DNA of 64,000 nucleotides from a bacterium (GCA_963675755.2 CAXXMD010000003.1:1184001-1248000); one strand, 5' to 3'. Positions 9,005 to 19,904 are shown, counted from the first letter of the stretch. Made by a program: numbers and translations. The notes: generated by a model not told the origin, from the letters alone.

Positions 9005-10996
9005 ATGAAGTTTAATACAAAACGGACTACCTATATCTCTGGATTAATAGTTATAATATCAATTATTTATCTGTTATTTGCCATATATATGGATGTAAAA
9101 AAAAGAACAATTGAAGACTTTAACAATCATCAAACATTATTAGCAGAGCAAGCAGCAAAGGGAATTCAGGAATATATAGGATATTATCATCGAGAGTTGA
9201 CCAATTATTCTAAAATCCTCCCAATAATGAAATTTGACTCTTTTACCAATTTTATTTTTGAACACTATTATAAAATAAACGAAAACATTATCCTCACGAT
9301 ATCCAGAATAGATGCGGATGGCAAGCTTGCATTTACATATCCTCCGAATGATAGCGCAATAGGGTCAGACCTAACCTATCAGGAACATATACAAACACTC
9401 ATGAAAACCCATCAACCGGTTGTAAGCGAAGTTTTTACCGCTGTTCAAGGGTACAGATGTATTGCATATCATGTTCCGGTAATGGATGGAGACACTTTTG
9501 CAGGCAGTATCGCTGTATTGATTCCCTTTGAAGAAATTGCAAATAATTTCCTGGAAAATTTACAAAACAAAAAAGACAGCAATGTATGGATGATCAGTGA
9601 ACAAGGGACTGAATTATATTGCAAACACAAAGAGCATGTCGGTACTTTGCTAACCAGTCATCCTGATCAAAGTCCCTCTTTTTTAAAAATAGTTGAGAAA
9701 ATGAAAAATGGTGAAAAGGGCTCATCAGATTATTTTGATTCAGAAACCAACGAAAAAATGTTGGTTTCATATACTCCTATTCATATAGCAAATAAAACCT
9801 GGTCCATTTCAATAGCAAGTAGTGAAAACCATGTGCTTTCTCCTCTTAAAAGCTTTCAGCACAAAATGATCTTAATCGCAGGTATTCTCTTTATATTGGG
9901 TATTGTATATACATATTATCTGATTGGAGCGGTTAAATTTGTTAAAGAAGAAGAAAAGAGATTACGTATAGAACAAGCCCTACAAGTCAGTGAAACAAAA
10001 TTTCAGGAAATGGCCAAATTATTACCTCAAATTGTATATGAAACAGATATTACGGGAAAACTCACTTTTGTTAATGAACAGGCATTTCTCAAGTTTGGTT
10101 ACAGCCTGGATGAATTCAAAGCCGGACTCAATGTTATAGATATGATTATTGAGGGAGATCGTCAAAAAGCAGCCTCTAACATGAAAAATATTTTTCAAAG
10201 CAACAGTATTGGTAATGACCATGAATATACTGCAGTTAGAAAAGACGGATCATTCATGCCTGTTTTGATCTATTCAAGTCCTATTATTATTAACAATAAA
10301 CCAACCGGTATGAGAGGAATAATAGTAGATATAACGGATCGTAAAAATTATGAAGATCAGATCCAAAAAAGTCTCAAAGAAAAAGAGGTCTTGCTTAAAG
10401 AGATCCATCATCGTGTAAAAAACAATCTCAACGTTATATCAAGCCTTTTGACATTACAGGCATCTAAAATAACCAATAAAGATCAGGCCTTGACAGCCTT
10501 TAAAGAAAGCCGCAACCGGATATATTCTATCGCCCTGGTTCATGAACAATTGTATAAAACAGATGACTTTTCCAGGATCGATATGAAAATCTATATACAA
10601 AACATTTCCCGGGAAATTAAATTTATTTATGCCCCGGAAAAAGAGATCAATTACGATCTACACATTAACGACATTTTGCTCGATGTAAACCATGCAATCC
10701 CATGTGGTCTGATTCTGAATGAACTGATCACCAACGCTTTTAAACATGCCTTTCCCGATACAGAATCAGGAAATATTTCAATATGGTTTGAATCTGTAAA
10801 TGAAAATGGGTATGAAATTCGCGTCAAAGACAATGGAATTGGTCTTCTTAAAGATATGGATATTAATAATATTGAATCCTTAGGTCTAAATCTTGTCACG
10901 GTACTGGCAAAACAAATTGATGGTGAAATTGAAATAGAACGCAATGAGGGTACAACTTTTGTAATAAGGTTTAATCTTGATACAACACAAACTTGA
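9005..10996 (+). CDS. Membrane sensor histidine kinase (dCache, PAS, HisKA_2, HATPase)
   Basis: Two TM segments flank a Cache-like region. PAS domain, LLKEIHHRVKNNL, NELITNAFKHAF, DNGIG. Confidence 0.9.
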   Translation: MKFNTKRTTYISGLIVIISIIYLLFAIYMDVKKRTIEDFNNHQTLLAEQAAKGIQEYIGYYHRELTNYSKILPIMKFDSFTNFIFEHYYKINENIILTISRIDADGKLAFTYPPNDSAIGSDLTYQEHIQTLMKTHQPVVSEVFTAVQGYRCIAYHVPVMDGDTFAGSIAVLIPFEEIANNFLENLQNKKDSNVWMISEQGTELYCKHKEHVGTLLTSHPDQSPSFLKIVEKMKNGEKGSSDYFDSETNEKMLVSYTPIHIANKTWSISIASSENHVLSPLKSFQHKMILIAGILFILGIVYTYYLIGAVKFVKEEEKRLRIEQALQVSETKFQEMAKLLPQIVYETDITGKLTFVNEQAFLKFGYSLDEFKAGLNVIDMIIEGDRQKAASNMKNIFQSNSIGNDHEYTAVRKDGSFMPVLIYSSPIIINNKPTGMRGIIVDITDRKNYEDQIQKSLKEKEVLLKEIHHRVKNNLNVISSLLTLQASKITNKDQALTAFKESRNRIYSIALVHEQLYKTDDFSRIDMKIYIQNISREIKFIYAPEKEINYDLHINDILLDVNHAIPCGLILNELITNAFKHAFPDTESGNISIWFESVNENGYEIRVKDNGIGLLKDMDINNIESLGLNLVTVLAKQIDGEIEIERNEGTTFVIRFNLDTTQT

Positions 10997-11056
10997 TGAA
11001 ATATAAAACAAGGTATGTTGGTATGAGTTCAGAATTTGACATACCTTGCAGTATTT

Positions 11057-12025
11057 TTACAACAACTCTTTATCTCTCTGTTTCAATAATCTATCAATTT
11101 CATCAATATCATTTTCCGACAACTCCCAATCACCTGCCGGTACAATCCCTTCTATCTGATCAGGTCTGCGGGCGCCCACAATAGCAGCAGTCATTTCAGG
11201 ACGTCTCAACGTCCATGCAATAGCTAAATGCAAAACCGACTTACCATTGCGTTCGGCAATGACCTTTAATCCTTCTACCAGATTCAGATTTGCGGTCAAT
11301 TGCGGTTCCTTAAAACGCGGATCACGACTACGGTGATCATTTTCATCAAAAGCCTCAACCCGTTCACGGGTCATTTTTCCCGTTAACAATCCTTTATACA
11401 TGGGACTGTAACAGATCATGCCAATATTCTCTTCACCACAATAGGGCATAATCTCTTTTTCGATATCTCTTACCAGCATGCTATAAGGTGGCTGTAAAGA
11501 AATCACCGGGTGAATGGCTTGAACGCGCTGCAATTGTGATTTGCTGAAATTGGAGGTGCCGGCATAACGGACTTTACCTTCCTCAATCAACTCTGCAATG
11601 GCGGTCCAGCCCTCTTCCAAATCTTCATCCGGTACCGGCCAGTGGACTTGATAAACGTCAATCACTTCAATTCCCAAACGACGCAAACTGTCCTCACACT
11701 CTTTTTTAACACTCACTTTTTTCAGATTGTGGCCAATTTCCCGTTTGTCGTTCCAGGTTCGTGCGCATTTGGTAAACACATATGGTCTTTCACTCATTTC
11801 TTTTAACGCTTTACCCACAACAGTTTCAGAATGGCCCAGACCATAAACCGCGGCTGTATCAAGCCAGTTGATTCCGCTGTCAACAGCTTTATGAATAGTT
11901 TGGATCGATTCACGGTCTTCCTGACTTCCCCAGCCATATTCCCAATCCGGTCCGCCTATTGCCCAGGTCCCCAATCCGATAACAGATATATCCAGATCAG
12001 AGTTGCCCAAAGTTCTATATTTCAT
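11057..12025 (-). CDS. Aldo/keto reductase
   Basis: IGLGTWAIGG, DTAAVYGLGHSE, SLRRLG..ID.YQVHWP, GKVRYAGTSNF, QPPYSML. Confidence 0.95.
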   Translation of the reverse strand: MKYRTLGNSDLDISVIGLGTWAIGGPDWEYGWGSQEDRESIQTIHKAVDSGINWLDTAAVYGLGHSETVVGKALKEMSERPYVFTKCARTWNDKREIGHNLKKVSVKKECEDSLRRLGIEVIDVYQVHWPVPDEDLEEGWTAIAELIEEGKVRYAGTSNFSKSQLQRVQAIHPVISLQPPYSMLVRDIEKEIMPYCGEENIGMICYSPMYKGLLTGKMTRERVEAFDENDHRSRDPRFKEPQLTANLNLVEGLKVIAERNGKSVLHLAIAWTLRRPEMTAAIVGARRPDQIEGIVPAGDWELSENDIDEIDRLLKQRDKELL

Positions 12026-12050
12026 ATTTTTATCCTAATGTTCATTTAAC

Positions 12051-12079
12051 TTGCATTTTGAAGTAGCTATTTGTATAAT
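12051..12079 (+). promoter_or_regulatory. Putative sigma70 promoter for the YihY gene
   Basis: TTGCAT-N17-TATAAT. Confidence 0.6.
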
Positions 12080-12119
12080 TTATCATTAAACCTGAAAAAT
12101 ACAAACTATTGGTTCACAT

Positions 12120-13484
12120 TTGAAAAAATTTATATTACAAATAATAGAGATATTAAAATCGCTTAAACAATTTTTTATCCACGATCTTTGGGTATTGGAT
12201 TTCAGCAAAATCTCTCGCGCCAGAGCATTGGGGTACCACCAACTATTGGTAGTCTTTTTGGTGGGACGCGCATTCATTCAAGACAGACTGTTGGTACGGG
12301 CATCGGCGTTGGTATATGCCACACTGCTTTCCATAGTACCTTTGTTAGCAGTAATGTTCTCTTTGTTAAAGGGATTCGGATACCACAACAAGCTTAAACC
12401 TGCACTTGAGCAATTGTTCAGCCCTTTAGGTAAGGAGGCTGTAGAAACCATAGTTAAAAACATTGTTGATTTTGTCAACCATGTCAATGTTGGCGCGTTG
12501 GGAACCGTAGGATTTTTGTTATTGTTTCTCTCGGTTCTTTCTATTGTCAACAATATTGAACGTGCATTTAATGATGTTTGGAAGATACGTCAGGTACGCA
12601 GCATTCATCGCCGTTTTACCGATTATCTGAGCGTGCTGATGCTGGGACCGTTGCTGGTCTTTGCATTTCTAGGTGTAACGGCTTCAATGCAAAGCCTGTT
12701 CATAGTACAGGCTATCAATAAAATACCGGGTGTTCCCTTTGTCCTTAACAAAACACTACCAATACTGATCACCTGGTTGTTTTTTTATTTTATCATCTCA
12801 TATGTACCCAACACCAAAGTCAAAACCGGATCTGCATTAATGGGCGCAATAGTGGGCGGTAGCTTGTGGATGATTTCTAATTATTTCTTTGCGCATTTTA
12901 TTGTTTCTTCTTATCAGTTTGGTGCCAAAGCTGCGGTATATGCTGGCTTTGCCACATTACCGCTTTTTCTGGTTTGGATGTTCATGAGTTGGGCCATTGT
13001 ATTATTGGGCGTTGAAGTCTCTTATGTAAATCAAAATGTAAACAAGATCACCTGGGAACTGCGTGATACCAATTACAGTCATAATATTAAAACCCAAACC
13101 GCGCTCAAGATCATGTTGTTGGTCTCTGAACGTTTTTATCTCGGGGAAAAAGCACCATCTGCTCATGATATAACAGATACATTCAACATTCCTGAACCGC
13201 TAACCAGTGAATTGCTGAACATGCTTAGCGAACAAAAGTTGATCAATGTCATTGACAGCATACCTTCTGCTTATGCACCGGCAAAAAGTCTAGACAAGAT
13301 GCAAATATCAGAGATAATTCAGCAAATCAACAATTTTGGTACAAACCGATTGCACAATGAACAGGAATCTCAATTCGATAAAACTGTTACTTCTCTAACG
13401 AATACTTTTCTGAATACGTGCAGAAAATCTTTTAATGAAAAAACACTGTTAGATATTTTAAAGGAAAAAGAAGCGAACTCTTAA
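12120..13484 (+). CDS. YihY/BrkB family membrane protein with a C-terminal wHTH-like domain
   Basis: RASALVYATLLSIVPLLA, NIERAFNDVW, VYAGFATLPLFLVWMFMSWAIVLLG. The C-terminal YAPAKSLDKM region is Rrf2-like. Confidence 0.85.
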   Translation: MKKFILQIIEILKSLKQFFIHDLWVLDFSKISRARALGYHQLLVVFLVGRAFIQDRLLVRASALVYATLLSIVPLLAVMFSLLKGFGYHNKLKPALEQLFSPLGKEAVETIVKNIVDFVNHVNVGALGTVGFLLLFLSVLSIVNNIERAFNDVWKIRQVRSIHRRFTDYLSVLMLGPLLVFAFLGVTASMQSLFIVQAINKIPGVPFVLNKTLPILITWLFFYFIISYVPNTKVKTGSALMGAIVGGSLWMISNYFFAHFIVSSYQFGAKAAVYAGFATLPLFLVWMFMSWAIVLLGVEVSYVNQNVNKITWELRDTNYSHNIKTQTALKIMLLVSERFYLGEKAPSAHDITDTFNIPEPLTSELLNMLSEQKLINVIDSIPSAYAPAKSLDKMQISEIIQQINNFGTNRLHNEQESQFDKTVTSLTNTFLNTCRKSFNEKTLLDILKEKEANS

Positions 13485-13496
13485 CGGAAATACGTC

Positions 13497-15185
13497 ATGA
13501 AAATAGTACCTGTAGTTTTCGTGTTGTTGTTGTCCGCAGTATGTTATTCAGAGATATTTTTATCTGAAATTATGTTTAATCCGCAGGGGAATGAACGCTA
13601 CAATGAATTTATTGAACTCTATAATTCAAGTCGATCAGAAACAATAGATCTCAATGGCTGGCTGATTGGCGATGCCGATCGCACCAGTTGTTTACTTGCG
13701 TATAATGAACATACCTTACTGGCCCCGGGCCAGTTTGCCCTTGTGCTGGTTGAAAACTATTTTATCAACAGTACCGAATATGACAATCAAATTCCTCAAG
13801 ACTGTCTGATTCTTACCATTAATCACTCACAGATTGGTGCCTATGGTCTGTCAAATACCAGAGCAGAGACTGTATTTTTGTACAAACCCGACAGTACCAT
13901 GATAGATTCGTTTCAATATACAATCCCCAATGATGATGGAATTTCAGAAGAACGAATACGGTATGATCAAAATAGTTGGGGGCACAGCACGGAAATGAAC
14001 GGTACACCCGGTTATAAAAACTCTATTGCGCTCAAAGCCATAGATCCTGCTATTGTTAAAGGATCCCTAAACATGCTGCCCAATCCCCCTCTCTCCGGCC
14101 AACCCCTTAATCTTGAAATAACCGTTACAAACAAAGGCGCACAGACAATAGATGCTGCGGAGCTGGTGTTCTCATGGTCATACCACCAGGAGGGACCATA
14201 TCAAAACATCAAAGACGAAATTATCTTTTCAATGTTGGAACCGGATGAATCCGCAACACTTGGATTAGAGTGGACTGATTTTCCGAATGGCATTTTCTAT
14301 GTGACAGCTGAGCTGGAATGCGACAGTGATGAAAATCCGGATAATAATCTTGACTCACTACAGATTATTGGAGGATATCCAAGAGGCTCTGTCATTGTAA
14401 ATGAGATCATGTACTCGCCGCAACCGGATATGCCTGAGTGGTTTGAAATCTATAACACCAGCCAAATAGATATCAATCTGCAAAACTGGATGTATTATGA
14501 CAATCAGGGAGATGTAAAAACATTCACCCATACACCGTTTTGGCTTCCCTCTCAAAGCTTTGCGGTCATTGCAGATGACAGCACAATCGTGCCCTTTTTA
14601 TCTCAGGAAACAAACGTTCTGGTTCCTTTATCATTTCCGGGCCTTGTTAATGACGCTGACAGCATAGTATTGCGAGATGCCACCGGCTCACTTGTTGAAT
14701 ATGTGGAATATTTCGAATCCTGGGGTGGCGCCAAAGGAATTTCACTGGAACGGTTGAATCCGGGCTCGGAGAGCAACGAATACAAAAACTGGAAAAGCTG
14801 TGTAAATACAAACGGCCACACTGCGGGTTTGCCCAACAGTATTTATACAGATGTATTGCCAACTGCAACGAGTATAAAGATATCTCCAAGTCCGTTTTCT
14901 CCTGATGGTGATGGGTACCAGGATTTTGCTGGAATCAATTACAACCTGCCCGAGCATGCCTCAAAAATCAATATCCGTATTTTTGACAGCGTCGGCAGAC
15001 AAGTCAGGTATTTATGCAACAATGAGAGTTGTGCCGCTCAAGGCACAGTCTTTTGGGATGGTCTGGATGACGAAGGTATATGCTGTAGAATGGGTATTTA
15101 TATTGTACTATTGGAGTGCATTGAAACAGGTAAGGGAATTGCTGAAAAGCAAACCGGTACTTTGGTTTTAGCAAGAAACCTGTAA
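13497..15185 (+). CDS. Secreted lamin-tail-domain protein with CARDB-like and FlgD-Ig-like C-terminal domains
   Basis: Two LTD motifs (LSEIMFNP..EFIELYN; VNEIMYSP..EWFEIYN), DENPDNN, and a C-terminal FSPDGDG...WDGLD...GIYIV. Confidence 0.8.
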   Translation: MKIVPVVFVLLLSAVCYSEIFLSEIMFNPQGNERYNEFIELYNSSRSETIDLNGWLIGDADRTSCLLAYNEHTLLAPGQFALVLVENYFINSTEYDNQIPQDCLILTINHSQIGAYGLSNTRAETVFLYKPDSTMIDSFQYTIPNDDGISEERIRYDQNSWGHSTEMNGTPGYKNSIALKAIDPAIVKGSLNMLPNPPLSGQPLNLEITVTNKGAQTIDAAELVFSWSYHQEGPYQNIKDEIIFSMLEPDESATLGLEWTDFPNGIFYVTAELECDSDENPDNNLDSLQIIGGYPRGSVIVNEIMYSPQPDMPEWFEIYNTSQIDINLQNWMYYDNQGDVKTFTHTPFWLPSQSFAVIADDSTIVPFLSQETNVLVPLSFPGLVNDADSIVLRDATGSLVEYVEYFESWGGAKGISLERLNPGSESNEYKNWKSCVNTNGHTAGLPNSIYTDVLPTATSIKISPSPFSPDGDGYQDFAGINYNLPEHASKINIRIFDSVGRQVRYLCNNESCAAQGTVFWDGLDDEGICCRMGIYIVLLECIETGKGIAEKQTGTLVLARNL

Positions 15186-15203
15186 TTCATCGTGAATTAC
15201 GGG

Positions 15204-16127
15204 CTATTCGAGCGAATCCAGCTTTTGCACATTTTTTTCAATCAGCTCCTCAAGACGCAATTCAATAACCTTTTCAAGCGAATCTGTATTAAATTCGTAA
15301 TGATTGTTGTTTAAAAGAGAATCAGGCATGTCAATCAACTCTATAACTGCTTTTAATTCTTTTCCTACTCCGGGTATGTGCTGTAAACCCAGCTTGATCG
15401 CTTGCAGTTGTTTTTCATCTATTTGCTGCTGGTTCCATACAATAATACGTTGCTTTTCAAGGTCATTTAATTTTTCCATTTTATCTGCACGCTGCTGCAT
15501 CATATCGCGCATATTTACATCTATTGTAACCTTTAGGCCGCTGTCTGCACTAAAAAACACCTGGTTTTGCAAATCGCGCATGGTAGAGTCGCTCTCCCAC
15601 AATCGCTGCATTTCTTCATGAAAGAGTTTAATTTCTTTTAAATGTTCTGCAAATTCTTTTTTAGATTCTGGGTCCCATTCCTCATGATCAGGGCGTTTTG
15701 GTGGAAACGGGAAGCGGGGTTTACCGGGCATCATAGGACGCATAGATCGGTCACGTACACCAAGTGGCTGTAAAGAATTATTATTGAGAGAATCCAAGGC
15801 TGCACCATCAAGGAATTGCATAACCAGCTCGGGAGGCAGTCTGTGCTCCATGGAGGTAAAGTTTAAAATACCGGCGGCAACTCGTTCAATCTCTTCCTGT
15901 GGTACCTCATTTTCTTCAGTACGTTTTAAAAATTCATCATACTTTTGCCGCAGTTTATCTTTTTGTTCCCCTTCCGGGTACATTGCAAAAAGATCATCGC
16001 CAAACAGTTCAAGCGTAGTTTTTAAAATATTATCTTTAACAGGCTGATCTTTAACAAGATAATAAAATACGCCTGCTGAAATAATCAGCACAAAAAAGCC
16101 CATTAAAATATTTTTAATAAAAGTCAT
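15204..16127 (-). CDS. Hypothetical membrane-anchored helical protein
   Basis: 307-aa ORF with an N-terminal TM helix, GGAG SD and a Pro-rich linker. No family recognised. Confidence 0.7.
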   Translation of the reverse strand: MTFIKNILMGFFVLIISAGVFYYLVKDQPVKDNILKTTLELFGDDLFAMYPEGEQKDKLRQKYDEFLKRTEENEVPQEEIERVAAGILNFTSMEHRLPPELVMQFLDGAALDSLNNNSLQPLGVRDRSMRPMMPGKPRFPFPPKRPDHEEWDPESKKEFAEHLKEIKLFHEEMQRLWESDSTMRDLQNQVFFSADSGLKVTIDVNMRDMMQQRADKMEKLNDLEKQRIIVWNQQQIDEKQLQAIKLGLQHIPGVGKELKAVIELIDMPDSLLNNNHYEFNTDSLEKVIELRLEELIEKNVQKLDSLE

Positions 16128-16193
16128 GAATTACTCCGGCAAGCAAATCTAATTTATAGACGAAAAAGAAGTGAAAATGTTCCACACTTGACT

Positions 16194-17081
16194 TTATGAA
16201 GGAACAATAATTTTCAACGCCTTGGGCACAACAGAAATTTTCAATTCAGTACCTGCATCTACCGGTTCTCCATCGTAATGAAACGGACCAGCTTGTTCTC
16301 TAACTACTGTCAACTCTTTTGTCTGGTAACGGTCATATTTACGGATCTTGTCTATCTTGCCGGTAAAAATTTTGGGTAAATGAAAGATTCCATAGAAAAA
16401 ATTAACCCGGTGCAAAACACAAACATCCAACAGACCGTCTTCAGGATCCGCTTTGGGAGAGATAATGGCTCCTACTCCCCACTGACGCTGGTTGGCAATA
16501 GTAACCAAAAGAGCAGGTACAGCAACCTGTTTACCATCAAATTTCAAAATAAACACTTCGGGTTTATACATGAAAAACTCTCTAAACCCGATATAAAAAT
16601 AAGGTACGGGTCCGCGTATATTTCCTTCGTCAAAGATTTTACCAATAATTGCATCAAACCCCATACCGGTTACAATGAAAAAATACCGGTCCTGGATTTT
16701 CCCTGCATCGATGGTTCTTACTTTACCATCCAGCAATAATTTAGCAGCCTTGTTTGCGGCAAGCGGAATACCCAAATTTCTAGCCAAACCATTACCGGAA
16801 CCAATAGGAATGATTGCAGCCGCAGTATCTGTATGTAAAACACCGGTACAGACTTCATTTGCAGTACCATCTCCACCAATGGCCACTACTACATCGTATC
16901 CATCTTTAGCGGCATCCGATGCAATCTTTTTAGCGTGACCCCGGTATTCAGTTTCCTGAAAATCATATTCAAATTCTGCACCGTGAATGGCAGATTCAAT
17001 AATATTTCGAAAGATCAACGGGCTCTGAATTAATCCCGATTTTGGATTTAAAACAAATTTTACTTTTTTGATATTCAACAT
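16194..17081 (-). CDS. Diacylglycerol/lipid kinase family protein (YegS/BmrU-like)
   Basis: NPKSG, GGDGTANEV, IPIGSGNGLARNLG, DGLLDV, YDGE. Confidence 0.92.
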   Translation of the reverse strand: MLNIKKVKFVLNPKSGLIQSPLIFRNIIESAIHGAEFEYDFQETEYRGHAKKIASDAAKDGYDVVVAIGGDGTANEVCTGVLHTDTAAAIIPIGSGNGLARNLGIPLAANKAAKLLLDGKVRTIDAGKIQDRYFFIVTGMGFDAIIGKIFDEGNIRGPVPYFYIGFREFFMYKPEVFILKFDGKQVAVPALLVTIANQRQWGVGAIISPKADPEDGLLDVCVLHRVNFFYGIFHLPKIFTGKIDKIRKYDRYQTKELTVVREQAGPFHYDGEPVDAGTELKISVVPKALKIIVPS

Positions 17082-17099
17082 AGCAGCATCCTGGTCCGG

Positions 17100-17867
17100 T
17101 TATGATTGGGATTCATCTTGTTTGCTTGCAGTGACTATCATTAATCCACTGTTAAAATCATATTCCTGGCCTTCAAAGCCTCCATAAACTTGCTCAACTG
17201 TAAAACCGGCCATGTTTAATAAAAGTTCCATTTCATATCTAAAAATATAACGATATTTCATAACCTGCTCTTCAACATTGTCATTTTCCCGATAGGTATT
17301 GTGAATGGTCAACAACTGTTCTATCGGATCATGATCTACCTGCGTTGAAATTGAAACACCAGCTTTGGGATCGGCCAATTCTTCAGGTGCAAAAGATTCC
17401 TGCCACTGCGTTTTTGCCAGCATACTATATAATGGAACAAATAAATCAAAGGCCAAAATCCCGTTGGGCTCCATATGTTCATAAATCCGGTCAAGTGTTT
17501 TGAGTTGATCATCAATATTCAAATTGTGTAAAAAAGCCCGAAAGGGAATAATACAAAGATTAAAGGTTTGATCAAGACTAAACTCTCGCATATCCTGCTG
17601 TTCAAAATGGATTTCAGGAATGACATGCCCGGGCAAAGTATTCTTTTTTTTCTCGGCTATTTCAAGCATTTTATTGGAATTATCAATACCCCAGATAGAA
17701 TGTCCTTCCAGCGCCAGGGGTAATGTTAACCGTCCTGTACCGGCACCAATTTCTAGAATGGGCCCGCCTATCTCACGGGCAACATGCAGATAAAATTCTA
17801 TATCATCATTTTTATGACCATATTCCAAATCATAAAACGATGCAAAACCATCATATTCAGCTTTCAT
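17100..17867 (-). CDS. Class I SAM-dependent methyltransferase
   Basis: ILEIGAGTGRL, GIDNS, QQDMREF, HMEPNGILAFD. Confidence 0.9.
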   Translation of the reverse strand: MKAEYDGFASFYDLEYGHKNDDIEFYLHVAREIGGPILEIGAGTGRLTLPLALEGHSIWGIDNSNKMLEIAEKKKNTLPGHVIPEIHFEQQDMREFSLDQTFNLCIIPFRAFLHNLNIDDQLKTLDRIYEHMEPNGILAFDLFVPLYSMLAKTQWQESFAPEELADPKAGVSISTQVDHDPIEQLLTIHNTYRENDNVEEQVMKYRYIFRYEMELLLNMAGFTVEQVYGGFEGQEYDFNSGLMIVTASKQDESQS

Positions 17868-17885
17868 AAATTTTCCTATATAAAC

Positions 17886-17926
17886 AAAAAAACCGCTGAT
17901 GTATTATAAAATACAATAACAGCGGT
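17886..17926 (-). terminator. Intrinsic terminator after frr
   Basis: ACCGCTG...CAGCGGT stem followed by a T-run on the minus strand. Confidence 0.75.
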
Positions 17927-17953
17927 CTTAATACAATCATTCTGAACGATAAA

Positions 17954-18511
17954 CTAGATTTCTAAAATCTCTTTTTCTTTAATGACAACCAACTCGTCGA
18001 TTTTTTTAACAAAATCATCGGTTAATTTTTGCACATCTTCCTGAGCGGTGTGCATTTCATCTTCAGAGATATCACTGGCTTTTTGAGATTTTTTCAATTT
18101 CTCATTAGCATCACGGCGGATGTTACGGATTGCAATTTTGCCATCTTCACCCGCTTTTTTAGCCAGTTTCACCATCGCCTGTCTGCGTTCTTCCGTGAGC
18201 TGTGGAATTGGAATTCGAATCACAATACCATCGTTTGTGGGATTAAAGCCCAAATCAGATTTCAGTATTGATTTTTCAATTTCTGAAATAAGATTTTTTT
18301 CCCATGGTTGAACAACCAGCAATCGGGGTTCTGGTGCACTGACATTGGCAACTTGCTTCAAGGGTACATTACTTCCATAGTACTCTACCTGAATGCCATC
18401 AAGAAGTGCAGGAGTAGCCTTGCCGGTACGCAGTTTTACAAAATCGCCACGTACACTTTCAACAGCAAGTTCCATTTTTTTCTTTGCTTCATTTTTGGTC
18501 GAATCAATCAT
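17954..18511 (-). CDS. frr: Ribosome recycling factor
   Basis: LRTGKATP, YYGSNVPLKQVANV, LTEERR, AIRNIRRDAN. Likely start ATG 18511, just after the pyrH stop. Confidence 0.96.
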   Translation of the reverse strand: MIDSTKNEAKKKMELAVESVRGDFVKLRTGKATPALLDGIQVEYYGSNVPLKQVANVSAPEPRLLVVQPWEKNLISEIEKSILKSDLGFNPTNDGIVIRIPIPQLTEERRQAMVKLAKKAGEDGKIAIRNIRRDANEKLKKSQKASDISEDEMHTAQEDVQKLTDDFVKKIDELVVIKEKEILEI

Positions 18512-18512
18512 T

Positions 18513-19238
18513 TTACTCACCAATAACTTTTGTTCCAATTTTTTCGCCATAGATAACTTTTTTCAAATTACCAGGCTCTTTTAACTTAAATACCTGAATC
18601 GGTAAATTATTTTCCATACATAATGTAACAGCTGTAGTATCCATAACTCGTAAACGGCGTTGTACTACATCCATATATGTCAATTCTTCAAATTTGACAG
18701 CGTCATCATGTTTTTGTGGATCTTTATCATAAACACCGTCAACCTGTGTTGCCTTTAATATAGCATCTGCTTCTATTTCAATCGCACGCAAAGCCGCTGC
18801 TGTATCTGTAGTAAAATATGGATTTCCTGTGCCGGCTCCAAAAATTACAATTTTATTATTCGCAAGATGAGCAATGGCTCTTCTGCGAATAAAGGGTTCG
18901 GCCAGCTCTTCCATTTTAATGGCGGTCATTACACGGGTTTCAATATCGTAACGTTCCAAATAGTCCTGCAATGCCAGAGAATTAATCACTGTAGCAAGCA
19001 TTCCCATATAGTCTGCTGAAACACGATCCATTCCGCGGGCACTTGCAGAAAGACCTCTAAAAATATTTCCACCACCTACGATGATCCCAATCTGTATACC
19101 TGTGTGATAAATCTCACTAATATCTTTACATATCTGGTCTACGGTCGCAGGATCAATTCCCAGCTTTTTCGAATCGCCCATAAGAGCTTCGCCGCTGAGC
19201 TTTAACAATATGCGCTTGTATATCGGTTCTTCTGACAG
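18513..19238 (-). CDS. pyrH: UMP kinase, probably with a non-canonical CTG (or ATA) start
   Basis: [41 protein letters not shown]. The conserved PIYKRILL strand is encoded upstream of the TTG at 19208. Confidence 0.93.
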   Translation of the reverse strand: MSEEPIYKRILLKLSGEALMGDSKKLGIDPATVDQICKDISEIYHTGIQIGIIVGGGNIFRGLSASARGMDRVSADYMGMLATVINSLALQDYLERYDIETRVMTAIKMEELAEPFIRRRAIAHLANNKIVIFGAGTGNPYFTTDTAAALRAIEIEADAILKATQVDGVYDKDPQKHDDAVKFEELTYMDVVQRRLRVMDTTAVTLCMENNLPIQVFKLKEPGNLKKVIYGEKIGTKVIGE

Positions 19239-19272
19239 TATACTATTTCCTGATTTTTTTTACACTATAGTT

Positions 19273-19305
19273 AAAAAAAAGAGCAAAGATGACTCTTTGC
19301 TCTTT
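19273..19305 (-). terminator. Intrinsic terminator between tsf and pyrH
   Basis: AAAGAGCAAAGA-loop-TCTTTGCTCTTT perfect stem with a T-run on the minus strand. Confidence 0.8.
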
Positions 19306-19310
19306 ATAAT

Positions 19311-19904
19311 TTATTCACCTAATTGAAAACGGACAAATCTTGCAATTACAATATTTTCTCCAAGTATTGCAACTGCGCCGGTCACCAAGTCTTTAATAGT
19401 TTTGTCAGGATCTTTAACAAAAGGCTGCTCAAGTAAGCAGTTTTCCTGATAAAACTTGTCCAGCTTGCCGGTTACCATTCTTTCAATGATATTTTCCGGC
19501 TTGCCTTGTTCACGTGCTTGTCCGCGATAGATTTCTAATTCTTTGTCAATCAATTCTTGAGAAACTTCTTCGCGTGTAACAACCAATGGTTTTGCCGCTG
19601 CAATATGCATTGCAACATCTTTGGCAAAATCCAGAAAATCATCATTACGAGCTACAAAGTCAGTTTCACAATTGATTTCAACCATAACACCCAATCTACT
19701 TCCGGGATGGATATAAGATTGAATAATACCTTCTTTGGCGTCTCTGCTTGCTTTTTTCTCAGCTTTTTGGAGACCTTTTTTTCTCAAATAATCTATTGCT
19801 TTTTCAATATTACCATCATTTTCAGCCAGCGCTTTTTTACAATCCATCATGCCGGCGCCAGTTTTTTCACGTAATGCTTTCACATCCGAAGCCGATATGG
19901 CCAT
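19311..19904 (-). CDS. tsf: Elongation factor Ts (short, about 197-aa type)
   Basis: VKALREKTGAGMMDCKKAL, EINCETDFVARN, LLEQPFVKD. Confidence 0.98.
   Translation of the reverse strand: MAISASDVKALREKTGAGMMDCKKALAENDGNIEKAIDYLRKKGLQKAEKKASRDAKEGIIQSYIHPGSRLGVMVEINCETDFVARNDDFLDFAKDVAMHIAAAKPLVVTREEVSQELIDKELEIYRGQAREQGKPENIIERMVTGKLDKFYQENCLLEQPFVKDPDKTIKDLVTGAVAILGENIVIARFVRFQLGE

Noticed and set aside
9005-10996. Two orphan HisKA_2 kinases as a recent duplication
   Set aside because: Similarity with 61135-64000 is confined to family-wide kinase motifs. The sensor regions differ and such kinases are commonly expanded.
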